The position numbers and the translations under genes are program-made. The notes beneath the pieces were generated by a model. The model was not told the DNA's origin. It searched no databases and worked only from the letters and a program-made list of their open reading frames with translations. 64,000 bases of DNA, from positions 24,862,001 through 24,926,000 of the forward strand of contig NC_043016.1 in NCBI RefSeq assembly GCF_006345805.1, read 5' to 3'. Positions 12,334 through 25,523 of the stretch are shown one piece after another. The stretch comes from Octopus sinensis (Eukaryota). Numbering within the stretch: the first letter of the stretch is position 1; the number at the start of each line of letters is the position of its first letter.

Positions 12334-13652
12334 CAAGGCGGTACCCAAAAGTAACTGGATACATTCTCTGTGGACAAGCCTGGTGTAGTTCAGACTTCTG
12401 CTACTAGAAGCCACTTGATGTGATCTTCAGGCATTAATCTGCCAACTGGCATCATTCAGGTTAGTCATACTGTCATGTGGTGCATCTTTGTTTTGCAGTG
12501 CTTCTCCCCTGTTTGTAGATTTTTATGATGTCGGAAACAATGGTACAACATGCTTCCATGAAATTCTGTTTTTTCACAGGGGAAACTGGCTGCTGAAACA
12601 GTTGTCATGTTTCAAACAGCTTACAAAGATGCTGCTATGAGCAAAACACAAGTTTACGAGTGGTTTCATGCTTTAGAAATGGTCACTTATCGCTTGAAGC
12701 CAACTTTGTTCAAGGTGACCATCAGCCTCTTAAATGAATGAAAATATCATGAAAAATTCATAAACTAATCTTGGAGGACCATCACCAAACAATTGACAAA
12801 CTTGTTGATGTGACTGGTGTGTCCTGGAGTTCCTGCCAATGAATTTTGAGCAAGGAATTGCAAATGAAAAGAGGTGCAGCAAAATTTGTGCCTTGCTTAC
12901 TCAAGGAAGATCAAAAGCAGTTATGATTGAATGTGGATCATGAGCTGAAAGAACAGTTAGAAGCTGATCCAGACCTTTTTTTCAAGGTCATTACTTGTGA
13001 TGAAAGCTGGTGCTATGGCTGTAACTCAGAAACAAAGCAGCAATCATGTCAATGGAAGCATTCAATATCACCATTATCCAAAAAAAAGTGCGTTAAGTGA
13101 AGTCCAGTGTCAAGACGATGCTGATTTGTTTCATCAATGTGAAAGGAATTATCCACACTAAATTCGTTCTTCCTGATCAAACTGTTAACCAGTCACTTTA
13201 CTTGGCAGTTCTGAAGCATTTGCAAGATGCGATAAGATGAAAACGCCCAGATCAGTGGAAAAGTGGGGAGTAGCGGTATCATCACAACAATGTGCCTACA
13301 CACACCATTTTGACTGTGAGAATTCTTTGACCAAAATTTGCATGAACCCACTTACCCACCCTTCATATTCACCCGATCTTGTTCCCTGCAACTTATTTTT
13401 GTTCCCCCAATGGAAAACGTCCTTAAAGGAAAATGATTTGCAGATGTGGAAGAGGTGAAGGAAAAAAATGACAGGCATTAAAAGGCATCACTTCACATGA
13501 GTTCCATGACTGCTTGAAACAGTGGAAAAGAAGCCTGGACTAATGCATTGCTTCAAATGGAGAATACTTTGAAGGTGATCAAAGTGTAAACATGTAAAAC
13601 TAAGTGAATAAAATAATGTTGTAAAATTCTGGTTTCTTTTGGGTATCCCTTC

Positions 13653-13653
<1 letters not shown>
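12334..13653 (+). mobile_element. Full-length inactive mariner (DD34D type)
   Basis: TIRs CAAGGCGGTACCCAAAAGTAACTGG / CTGGTTTCTTTTGGGTATCCCTTCA flanked by TA; VITCDESWCYG, HHNNV, SYSPDLVPCNLFLFP; frameshifted, second and third Asp read Asn. Confidence 0.92.
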
Positions 13654-13654
<1 letters not shown>

Positions 13655-13684
<30 letters not shown>

Positions 13685-13723
13685 GGGTGGATAAGTAGAT
13701 ACATAGATACATAGATACATAGG

Positions 13724-13822
<99 letters not shown>

Positions 13823-13862
13823 GCAGATAGATATACAAATGTGTGTGTGTGTGTGTGTGTGG
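13655..13862. repeat. Compound (TA)n/(GA)n/(GATA)n/(GT)n microsatellite
   Basis: Direct inspection. Confidence 0.95.
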
Positions 13863-14229
13863 TGTATATTGTCACAGCTTGGACAAGTAATTATATTTGT
13901 TTATGACCCAGATAAACAATATGTCCTACAGCTGGGCATTTTGATATGCAACATCACGTGGAAAGAGTTGCCTTATTTGCAAAACAAAAAACGATCAGTG
14001 TTATGAATGGCAAGTGGGAGTACAATACTGTTTTATGATGGTTTTTTTTTCAAAATCATGAGGGCATGGAAAAAATAAACATTAAAAACGAGGATGCATA
14101 CAAGTATATATAAAAATAAATTCTTCAAAAGTGATTAGAGCTACTGCCTAATTGTTGAAAATCTTTCACTAAAATTTATCAAAACAATTGAAGCAAGTGG
14201 TCATTGATCACTGTTACATGTGGAGAGTA

Positions 14230-14700
14230 AACTGAATGAAGGAGAGGGTAACTGCCCCAATTAAATTTCTAATAGACATTTGCTAGACATGTGTTGTCGC
14301 AGAGGAAAATTGGCTCCGTTCATATGACCAATAGTGAACATAACTGAAGTTTTTGGAGAATGTTGACAATTTTCTCATAATATGACATTGTTGTGTTTGT
14401 TCAAACGGGATTCAAGAAATAATGATGAGTGATTCCATTTCCCAATCATGTAGCAATGATCACAACCTTCTTTTAATGCATCTTTGCATTTGGAAAGTAT
14501 TTAATCTCTTGCTTCAGTTCAGTAACTGTTCTGAATGCCGCCAGTTGTTTGTTGTTTTGAATCCATATTTTTACATTCCATGTCATGATGAGATAAAAAA
14601 AATTTAAATGGATCATTTTGTTGAGCAGACTCCATAACAACATTCTTTTTTCATTCAGTTTCTGTGGTAGCCATTTGTGGAACTTCATTTTCAGTCAAGG
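14230..14700 (-). mobile_element. Degenerate mariner fragment
   Basis: Minus-strand KWLPQKLNE, KKVVI...WxGI and a PIFLxDN-like segment resemble mariner WVPHEL, KKVML and LLHDN motifs. Confidence 0.5.
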
Positions 14701-14730
14701 TGCAAATATCAACTAACACTTGAATGTCAC

Positions 14731-14932
14731 CATGATAGATCGTTAGCCACTACACACATTTTTTTCTCTCCTTGTTTCTCTCCTTGTTTTTTCTGTGTAC
14801 CTTTCTGTAGAAGAATGTTGGCTCAAAACGTAAAAGACTTTTTCTATTTCTGAGCGTTTATACTAATACATCTGTTTGTTTTGTACACCACCTGTCTTTG
14901 TCTTTTGTTTTTTTTTTGTAAACTCTCCCTTA
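14731..14932 (+). mobile_element. About 200-bp repeat family H with variant hammerhead core (14801-14837)
   Basis: CTTT-CTGTAGAA-GAAT GTTG GCTC-AAAA-CGTA-AAAG; homologous to 58583 and 62905. Confidence 0.75.
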
Positions 14933-15277
14933 ATTGTACTATAACCTTTCGAATTGTTTTGCATTGGTCTGCAGTCTATAATGGCCCTCAACTGGTTATT
15001 GCTAATTTTCTAGACTCTTGTTTCACTACAAAATTTTGGAACCAATTTTAAGTTGTACATTCACTGGTTGATATTGTGAGCAGCTTCCACAGTTTTCTGT
15101 TTTGTTTGAACACACATAATAAAATCACTCAAACTTATAATTTTTCATCTTTAATCTGACAGCCTAAAATAAACAATGATAGAAATGAAACCAAATCCAT
15201 TAGCCATAAATCAATAAACCAAAACCTGCACTTTCAAATGGCATATCAAGTGAACACAGTTAATTAAAAGTATGTTT

Positions 15278-15316
<39 letters not shown>

Positions 15317-15487
15317 TTTAAATTTGATTCCTGATAAACTCATGTTTATCTTTGTCATTGCCTGTAACCTATGAGCATAATATTCTTGCATATGTATCTC
15401 CAGGGTTAACATAGGTAATTATACCGGTAGTATAACGGATATTTTTATCCCTTAGACCAACCTCTAACATTACTAACCTTATAAATA

Positions 15488-15526
<39 letters not shown>

Positions 15527-15819
15527 GTGTGTGTATACATACATACATACATAATTTATTGAGGCAGATATTTTTTTTATGGTCAGATGCTTTACCAGTT
15601 GTCAACCCTCACCTGTTTCTTTGTTTCTAGGTCACACAAGTTCTATAGGAAAACTGTGACTAGACAAATTTTCTTGAAAGATTAAAAACAAACCACTTGT
15701 ATGACTGACCTATTTTACGACTATCACAGGATACAAAGTCAAGGAATTACACACATATACACACACACATACAAGCACAAACATACACACACACACATGC
15801 ACATATGTATATATAGACA

Positions 15820-16770
15820 TCATCATCATCATCATTGTTTAACATCTGTTTTCCATGCTAGCATGGGTTGGACGGTTTGACCAGGGTCTGGGAAGCCAGG
15901 AGGCTGCACCAGGCTCCAGAATGATCTAGCAGTGCTTCTACAGCTGGATGCCCTTCCTAACGCCAACTACTCCATGAGTGTAGTGGGTGCTTTTTACGAG
16001 CCACCGGCACAGGGGCCAGATAGGGCTGGCAATGGCCACGATCAGTTGGTGGTTTTTACATGCCACTGGCACAGGGGCTAGATAGGGCTGGCAATGGCCA
16101 CGATCAGTTGGTGGTTTTTACGTGCCACCGGCACAGGGGCCAGATAGGGCTGGCAATGGCCACGATCAGTTGGTGGTTTTTACGAGCCACTGGCACAGGG
16201 GCCAGATAGGGCTGGCAATGGCCACGATCAGTTGGTGGTTTTTACATGCCACCGGCACAGAAGCCAGTCAAGCTGGCACTAGCATCAGCCATGTTCGGAT
16301 GGTGCTTTTTACGTGCCACTGGCATGGGTATCACAACTACAATTTCTATTTGATTTTTATTTTGATGTTGATGTACTTGACTCAATAGGTCTCCTCAAGC
16401 ACAGCAGGTCACCCTACGATCCAATATACTTTTGAATGGGCTGGGGTTGGTTATGCAAAACTGGTGTAGGATTCAGCCATGAACTCACTTTATTTGCTGG
16501 GTCTTTGCAGTCACAGCATATCTCCAGAGGTCTCGGTCTTTCGTCATTGCCTCTGTGAAGCCCAGCGTTTGAAAGTCATGCTTGACGACCTCATCCCATG
16601 ACTTCCTGGGTCTACCTCTACTCCAGATTCCTTCAACTGTTTGGGAATGACACCTCTTCGCACATCTCTCCTCATCCATCCGTAGTACATGATCATACCA
16701 GCGCAAACATCTCTCTTGCACGCCACATCCGATGCTTCTTATGTCCAACATTTCTCTCAGGGCACGTATA
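15820..16770 (-). mobile_element. RTE 3' end (ORF tail plus UTR) with 6 repeat units, four of them exact-period 62-bp tandem copies
   Basis: ORF 16485-16910 contains LRWYDHVLRM, RGRPRKSW, RDLWRYAV; period-62 repeats at about 15990-16250. Confidence 0.9.
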
Positions 16771-17329
16771 TATATGTAAACACACATGTATAAAAATACA
16801 CGTGAATGTGCATGCATATGTATATGGGAAACGTTTTTGAAAGAAATTAACAAGCAGAAAAGTAGAAGTATACTGAGCAGGTGAAATTTGAAATTATGCT
16901 GAATCAACACGTGTTGAACAAGGTGTAACTTAATTGGGGTGGGATATAGAGGATTTGCAACAAAAGGACATCATAGGAGCCAGTAGGAGGAAGACCATGG
17001 TGTTGGTTATGGATGCAATAGCTGTGGATCAGCAGTTCTAAGCTCTAAAAAAGATGAGCTGCTAGAGGTAGTGCTAACAGGACACAAGCTGGGGCATTGA
17101 TCAATACTGAGTGGGTCACCTGGGTAAGAGTGTTGGGAGTCAGTGACTCCAGGAAATATGACTGATGATACCTGCATATACATTACAGTTTGATGTATGA
17201 GAAGACACTGTGTGTGTGTGTGTGTGTGTGTGCGTGAGTTTATCTGTATGTATGTACCTATACAATTATCTCAACATGTGAAATGTAATTTGACTGGAAG
17301 GTTAAATTTATATAATTTTTTCAATAGCA

Positions 17330-17545
17330 CCAACTGATCGTGGCCGCTGCCAGCCTTCCCTGGCATGTAAAAAGCACCCACTACACTCACGGAGTGGTTG
17401 GCGTTAGGAAGGGCATCCAGCTGTAGAAACACTGCCAGATCAGACTGGAGCCTGGTGCAGCCTCCTGGCTTCCCAGACCCTGGTCAAACCGTCCAACCCA
17501 TGCTAGCATGGAAAACAGACGTTAAATGATGATGATGTTGATGAT
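17330..17545 (+). mobile_element. RTE 3'UTR remnant
   Basis: Same UTR motifs and (GAT)n tail. Confidence 0.85.
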
Positions 17546-17679
17546 TATGATGATCATGATGATGACGACGACGATGACGATGACAAGAACGATGACGATG
17601 ACTATGATGATGATGATTCTGAAGAGTGAGTGTGGACCCAATCCTAAAATATTATTGATTGGTTCAAAATACCAAACAC

Positions 17680-18476
17680 ACATACACAAATGCACACACG
17701 TATACACTCTCTTACGCACACATGCACAAACACTTACTAACATACATACACATTCATACATACACACATACTTGCTCTTTATCATTCATCTCTCTCTCTC
17801 CCTCACTCCCTCCTACCATCCTTTGCTTTCTCTCTGTAGCATTCATACCCACTTCCTCTCACTCTCTATCATTGATATATATACACTCAGACACTCACAT
17901 TTGCATATACAGACACTCAACTCCACCATTTCTCACATCACTCAATCCCTCTCTATTTACTTTATGCATCTCTACTCACCTTCTCTCTCCTTTCACACAC
18001 ATACACACACGCGCGCGCGCACACACACACACACACACGCACACACACACACACACGTACACACACACAATCACACACACACATACACACATGCACACAC
18101 ACATACACACACACTCACAGAAAAACACAGCCGCACACCAACTCCCTTTTCTTTCTCTTTGCTCCACACAGCTTCACTCTTGGCTGTCTTTCATACAACA
18201 CACAAATTGAGACACACAAATACATGCATTCACATACACATGCAATCACTCACATAAACACATGCATAAGTACACATATTCACGTGCATGTGCACACATT
18301 TTACACATACACACTTACATGTACACACACATACACAAACACATGTGTGGCTGTACACAGACATACACATGCACACACACACACTCATACACACTCATAC
18401 ACATTCATACACTCACATACACTCATACACAGACATACACAAACACCCACACATATGCATATATATATATTTATAT

Positions 18477-18527
<51 letters not shown>

Positions 18528-18640
18528 CACATACATGTACACAAACAGACACAGACACACACACTTATGCATGCACACAGGCACACACACACATGCATGC
18601 ATGCACACACACACACACACATACATCCACACAAATTCAA
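17680..18640. repeat. Degenerate (CA)n/(TA)n/(CT)n low-complexity tract
   Basis: Direct inspection; source of the His/Thr-rich pseudo-ORFs. Confidence 0.9.
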
Positions 18641-19067
18641 CTGCAAGAAAATATAAAACAAACGGAAATGCAAAACACAATGGCTGGTGAGTATTTTTAG
18701 ATAAATCAGATTGGTTTTGTTGACCTGTATTGTTTGACACTGAATGTAAATGAAGAAACCATCTGAACCAAAATTTAACTGTTTGCTCTTAGTTATCAGT
18801 TAACCCTGTTGTTAGACAGTGAAAGACGAACACACACACACACACACACACACATGTATGTGTATGTAGAGAGAGTTCTATATGTATCTGTGCAAGTGTG
18901 TATGTATGAATATGTTGATATAGAAGTAAACCTGTCAGATAAACAAAAATAGGCTTACATGGAATACAAAATACAGAGTATCAAGGAAAATAAAATAAAA
19001 TAAACAATATGATTTATGTAATAGTCTTATCTTGACAGCTGTTTCGGGTGAACTATGGTTTATGCCA

Positions 19068-19452
19068 TACTCTTTACTCTTTTACTTGTTTCTGTCATTT
19101 GACTGTGGCCATGCTGAAGCACCGCCTTTAATCAAGCAACTCAACCCCAGGACTTATTCTTTGTAAGCCCAGTACTTATTCTATTGGTCTCTTTTGCTAA
19201 GTGACGGGGACATAAACACACCAGCATCGGTTGTCAAGCAATGCTAGGGGGACAAACACAAACATACACATATATACATATATATACATATATAGGACGG
19301 GCTGCTTTCAGTTTCCGTCAACCAAATCCACTCACAAGGTTTTGGTCGGCCCGAGGCTATAGTTGAAGACACTTGCCCAAGGTACCACACAGTGGGACTG
19401 AACCCGGAACCATGTGGTTGGTAAACAAGTTACTTACTACATAGCCACTTCC
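19068..19452 (-). mobile_element. SINE family A, full length
   Basis: Starts with the reverse-complement tail TACTCTTTACTCTTTTACTTG and ends in the tRNA-like head. Confidence 0.9.
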
Positions 19453-20016
19453 ACCACAATCGTTTTTATTACTTAATGTTTCATAGGAGTATGGAGTAAC
19501 CCAAGTTCCTAAGGATCTGTTTGGTAAAGGTTAAGTTACCCTCTTTGATAGAACGTTGTTAAATGTGTATAGCAATCTTTGCAAATATATACATTTGAAG
19601 TAGTGAGTGGGGAGGTAAGGAAAATACTACAGGGAAAGATGACAAGAGGAAGAGGGTTGCAATCACTGAATAGGAATTTGTACTATGAGTACTATGAAGA
19701 GATCAGTTGATAATAATTAGAATCAAGAGACAGATTATAAGGGAAAGAAGTGATCAAACCAACAGAGAGGTCTGTCAAAATGTAGACCAGTAGTTCTCAA
19801 CTGGGGTCCATATTGCCCCAGGAGGTCCATACAAGATTTTTGGGGGTCCATACAAGCATAATAGTAAGTTGGGGATCCACAGTTGTATATTAAGTGGCCA
19901 TAAAAAAGTTTTGATTTAGATGCATTTATTGCCTGTTTTTCTCTCTCATTCTACACATTTCAACTTAAGCAAGTGAATGTGTGAATAACAAAATAGGAAT
20001 TTTGGAAAAAGTATCT

Positions 20017-20413
20017 CTCTTTACTCTCCTTTTACTCTTTTACTTGTTTCAATCATTTGACTGCGGCCATACTGGGGCACCACCTTTAGTTGAGTAAATC
20101 GACCCCAGGACTTATTCTTTGTAAGCCTAGTACTTATTGTATCGGTCTCATTTACCGAACTGCTAAGTTACAGGGACGTAAACACACCAGCATCAGTTGT
20201 CAAGCAATGTTGTGGGGACAAACACAGACACACAAATACACACACACATACATATATACGACGGGCTTCTTTCAGTTTCCGTCTACCAAATCCACTCACA
20301 AGGCTTTGGTCGGTCCAAGGCTATAGTAGAAGACACTTGCCCAGTGGGACTGAACCCGGAACCATGTAGTTGGTAAGCAAGCTACTTACCACACAGCCAC
20401 TCCTGTGCCTATA
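20017..20413 (-). mobile_element. SINE family A
   Basis: Full family A sequence, reverse orientation. Confidence 0.9.
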
Positions 20414-20521
20414 TAAACTAGTTTTTAAACATCCAATGGCTGTTGGGATCCACCAGAATAAAATAGTTATCAAAAGAGTCCATAGGCACAAGAGTGGCTG
20501 TATAGGCACAGAAGTGGCTAT

Positions 20522-20719
20522 ATAGGCACAGGAATGGCTGTGTGGTAAGTAGTTTGCTGACCAACCACATGGTTCTGGGTTCAGTCCCACTGTGTGGCAC
20601 CTTGAGCAAGTGTCTTCTACTATAGCTTCAGATTGACCAACGACTTGTGAGTGGATTTGGTAGGTGGAAACTGGCAGAAGCCCGTGATGTGTGTGTGCGT
20701 GTGTGTGCATGTGTGCGTG

Positions 20720-20761
<42 letters not shown>

Positions 20762-21008
20762 TATGTGTGTGTGTATGTGTGTGTGTGTGTGTGTATGTGT
20801 GTTTGTGTGTCTATGATTATCCCCCCAAAATCGCTTGACAACTGACGTTGGTATGTTTACGTCCCTGTAACTTAGCAGTTCAGCAAAATGAACGATAGAA
20901 TAAATACTAGGCTTACAAAGAATAAGTTCTGGGGTCAATTTATTTGACTAAAGACGGTGCTCCGGTATGGCCGCAGCCAAATGACTGAAACAAATAAAAG
21001 ATAAAAAG
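20522..21008 (+). mobile_element. SINE family A, preceded by two extra 20-bp copies of its 5' end
   Basis: ATAGGCACA(A/G)xAGTGGCT three times at 20482-20540, then the full body. Confidence 0.9.
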
Positions 21009-22342
21009 AAAAAGTAAAAAAACGGTTGAGAAACACTGAGGTAGGCAATGGCAGGGAATACTTTGTGGTAGGTAGTAAGTGTTAGTTGCATGGACAAAAC
21101 CAGATAAAGATGGCAGCCAATTGTGTCAGTATACAAGGATGCAGGTCATTAAAGTGGGAGGGGAATTATGGTGTACTGATAAGAAAGGGAAGAGAGTGAG
21201 AGAGAAGTGTGTGAAAATTACAATACTCTGTTATAGTTGTTTGGGGCTTTAAAAAAAAATGAGGGAGGCTAGTTCTATGAATAGAATTATAAGGATTTAA
21301 GGTAACGAGAGAAGGTTTTGCAAAGCTTACACCTGCATATGGATGTTACATCAGGGAAGTAATTTAGTAGGAAGACCTTATTGTGGCATAATACATACTT
21401 GAGGTGGTGTATTTGGGTGGCAAAGGAGGTAGATTGTTTCATGGCACTATTATAGAAAGAGCTGAGATGTAAAAGATATCACTGCTTAAAATCAATCATA
21501 TTACAAATGTAAAGCTTGATGGAGCAGGTCCATAGGATGGAGACAGTACATTTATACACAACACTATAGCACAAGTAGCTGCCACTCAAAAGACAGTTAC
21601 CACCAAAATACACCACCTCAAAATACTCCTCTCCTGGTCCATAGTTTGTGGTCAAATTTCCCTACGTAGGAAATAAATGACCAAGTCATTTGTATCACCA
21701 TGAATCACTCACTATATTATATTACACCACAATGAGGTCTCTCTTTTAAATTGCATCTCTAATGCAATTTCCATGTGCAGGCATAAATTCTGCAAAATTT
21801 TATCTCATTGCCTTATCCATATAATTCTATCCTTAGAACCAGGCCCCCTCCCTATTATCTTTTGTAAGTCCCCTATCAACTATAATAAAGTATTGTAATT
21901 CTCACACCTTCTCCTCCTCCTTCTCTTACCAGCATGCCATTCATCACCCTCCCACTCCAATGATCTGTATCCTTGTATGCTAACCCCATTGATGGCCACT
22001 TTCATCTGGTTTTCTTTGTTGTTCACTCACCTATGCAATAACCTACCACCACTAAGGTCTATACTTTGATAAACCTCCTGGTTGTCTTGATCACCACCTG
22101 TCCTTATAATCTACTATTCTTTATAATCCTTCCCTTATAATCCACTATGGATTATAATGGTTATCATCACCTGATCTCTTCATAGTACAAATTCTTATTT
22201 AGTTACTGCACTCCTCTCCCTCTCCCCATCTATCCCTTTAATTTTTTTCCACCCCAACTTTCAATCATCACAGGCCCACATCTTCACTGAGAAAAGCTAC
22301 ATTAAGTGGCAGCTATATTTTACTTTCTCTTTTGAACTTTAT

Positions 22343-22487
22343 ATAGGCACAGGCATGGCTGTATGGCAAGAAGTTTACTTTCGCAACCACATGGGTTCCA
22401 GGTTCACTCCGACTGTGAGGCACCTTGGACAAGTTGCCTCAGGCTTGTGAGCAGATTTGGTTGACAGAAACTGAAATAAGCCCGTAG

Positions 22488-22547
<60 letters not shown>

Positions 22548-22792
22548 TGTCTGTCTGTCTGTCTTTCTGTCTGTCTGTCTTTGTGTTTGTGTATCCCCTT
22601 CACTGCCTCTTGACAACTGGTGTTGGTGAGTTTACGTCCTCATAACTTAGTGGTTTGGCAAAAGGCACCAACAGAATAAGTACCAGGCTTAAAAAATAAA
22701 TCTTGTGGTGGATTCGTTCAACTAAAATTCTCCAAGGTGGTTCTCCTGCATGGCTGCAGTCAGATGAATGAAACAAATAAAAGATAAAAGAT
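22343..22792 (+). mobile_element. SINE family A (diverged)
   Basis: Head, internal (GT)n and AAAAGAT tail. Confidence 0.85.
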
Positions 22793-24162
22793 ATGAAACC
22801 ACAAAAACAACTCAACTTCAGTAGAAACATTCACAGCAGTGAGAATTAACATTTGCTATTGTGTGATAGCAGTCTTGACTGATGTAATTTACTATTACAG
22901 CAGTTTCAGAATTGTAACATTTTAATGACATTGAATGATAATGGTAATGATGATGATATACAAGGTGGTCCAAAAGTCATGTTACTCCCTACCAGAAAGT
23001 AATGAGAACAATAGAAGAACAAGTAATGCAGTAATCCAAGGCACAAACTGGATTTAGTTTATTCACTTTCATTGATGCTGTCACACATCAAGAAGGTCCG
23101 TATGAACACCATCACCAAAATGATGTGGTGCCATATCTTGTGCGATATTTTTTCAAGCTGTGCTTTGAAAAACCACTTGTTATGAGGATGTAAACAAACC
23201 AACACCAGCTGCCAAGAGGCAGTGAGGGTGATACACAAGCACAAAGACACATACACACACACACACACTAGTTGCCACTTAATGTCGCTTTTCTCAGTGA
23301 AGATGTGGGCTTGTAGCAATGTCAATGATGATGATGATGTTGACAATGATGATGAGCATCATCATAAGGATGATGATGATGATTACGCCACACTCTAGTG
23401 TGGAATAAATTGACTCGATTTCAACCTGTTACGGAACTGAGATGTGCTTTGGTGATTGTTGCAAAGGCTCTCCGAATGGCATCCTTCAACTGATTGGTAT
23501 TCTGGTATCATTCATGTGAAATTCTCTCTTTGATAATACCCTACAGGGCATTACCACAAAACATGAGACACAGGTGTTGGAAGTTGTTGCAATCCTTGTC
23601 CTATCCATCTATCTATCCTGAAAGACATCATTTAGATACTCCTGGACAATGATAACATAGTGGGGTGCAGCACTTACTATATTACTAAAACAAGCAATAA
23701 TTATAATGACAATAATAAACAGTGTGTAGGGGGGTAACAAGACTTTCAGACTACCCTATATGTATGTGAGTCTATTCTTTATCTTACTCTAAATATAATT
23801 GTAACATTGTTTATTTCGAGGGGGAATTTTTCAATGGTAAGTTTTAAAAATTTGTAAAACATAAAAAATTTGTAAATTCACTATTTAATATTTATTTAGC
23901 AAAAACAATGTCTTGTCAAGGACATGGCTACCCCTCTGATGCTGGTGTCATAAAAAATGCACTCAGTGCATCCACTAAAGAGTGTTTGGTGTTAGGTAGG
24001 GTACCAGATGTAAACACCATGTCAAAAATGTGATAATATATGAATGAGACAGGGTCTTTGACTCATGTATGAGAGTAGTCACTTTGAATAATAATTGATT
24101 TGAACCATTTCCACCTGTTTAATCCATGTCAACATGGAAAATGGACATAAAATGATGCCATT

Positions 24163-24401
24163 GATGATGATGATGATGATGACGATGACGATGACGATGA
24201 CAATGACGCAACTGCTACTGCTGATAATGAAGATGATGATGACAACGATGATAAAGATATTGCCACTGCTGCTGTTACTGCTGATAACAACAAAGATGAT
24301 GATGATGACACTGATGACAACAAAGATGATTGATGATGATGATGATGATGATGACGATGACAATATTGACAATAATGATGGTGGTGATGGTGATGATGGT
24401 A

Positions 24402-24432
<31 letters not shown>

Positions 24433-24452
24433 CGATGATGATGAGGAGGAGG

Positions 24453-24495
<43 letters not shown>

Positions 24496-24670
24496 CAATG
24501 ATTGACAACAGCAACAAAGACAATGAAAATGGCAACAACAACAACAATGACACCAGCAACAATGATGACAAAAGCAATAACAATGACAATACAGCAACAA
24601 AGAAATGGAGCTAAGAGTTGCAATATCAATGATGATGATGATCATCATCATAAGGATGATTATGATGATT
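24163..24670. repeat. (GAT)n/(CAA)n trinucleotide tract
   Basis: Direct inspection. Confidence 0.95.
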
Positions 24671-25094
24671 ATGCCACACTTTAGTGTGGAATAAACTGAC
24701 TCGATTTCAACCTGTTACTGAACTGAGGTGTACACTTAAATGGGTGATTGGCCTGATTGATTTCTTTTCTTCTTTTGTTGATGGATTAAGGTAGATTAAC
24801 AGCTGATTATGTCAATCTCATTTTATTTTATTTTATCAAAATCCAAAATGAAGAGAGACACAGTCAGCTACAGAGGGATTTGAACTCAAAATGTGAAAGA
24901 TCACATCCAAATACAGCAAGATATTTCATGCCCAACTCACAATGAAATATAAAACAAAGCTAGCTCTGGATGGATTTGAACAAGAAAGATAAAGCAGCAT
25001 AACTAAATACAGCAAGACAGAAGGCTTTTTTCAATCACTCCACTATCGTTGAGGGAAATTAGAAAATGATACAGTTTTTTTTTATTGTTAGAAT

Positions 25095-25261
25095 GGTGCA
25101 GGTGTGGCTATGTGGTAAGTAGCTTGCTTACCAACCACATGGTTCTGGGTTCTGTCCCACTGCACGGCACCTTGGGCAAGTGTCTGCTACTATAGCCTCT
25201 GGCCGATCAATGCCTTGTGAGTGGATTTGGTAGAAACTGAAAGAAGCTCGTCGTATATATG

Positions 25262-25301
<40 letters not shown>

Positions 25302-25523
25302 TGTGTCTGTGTTTGTCCCCAAACATCGCTTGACAACCAATGCTGGTGTGTTTACGTCCCCATGACTTAGCGGTTCAGCAAAAGAGACTGATAGCATAAG
25401 TACTAGGCTTACAAAGAATAAGTCCTGGGGTCGATTTACTTGGCTAAAGGCAGTGCTCCAGCATGGCCGCTGTCAAATGACTGAAACAAGAAAAAGAGTA
25501 AAAGAGTTAAAGAGTAAAAGAGT
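25095..25523 (+). mobile_element. SINE family A, full length
   Basis: GGTGCAGGTGTGGCTATGTGGTAAGTAGC head; (AAAAGAGT)n tail. Confidence 0.9.

Larger units (their letters stand above)
19788..21038. mobile_element. hAT (Charlie-like) MITE with two nested SINEs
   Basis: TIRs CAGTAGTTCTCAAC / GTTGAGAAACACTG; 8-bp flanks ATGTAGAC / AGGTAGGC (6 of 8 match). Confidence 0.75.
19595..22265. repeat. Old long inverted repeat (left arm 19595-19787 + 21039-21430; right arm about 21595-22265)
   Basis: For example GAATTTGTACTATGAAGAGATCAG / CTGATCTCTTCATAGTACAAATTC; TTGAGGTGGTGTATTT / AAATACACCACCTCAA; ATTACAATACT / AGTATTGTAAT. Confidence 0.7.

Noticed and set aside
15985-16260. Regular 62-bp repeats resembling a CRISPR array
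   Set aside because: Whole units repeat with no unique spacers; they lie in an RTE 3'UTR in a eukaryotic context with no cas genes
19030-19045. GAAAC-AGCT-GTC half hammerhead (minus strand)
   Set aside because: The CUGANGA half is missing; a SINE begins about 20 bp upstream
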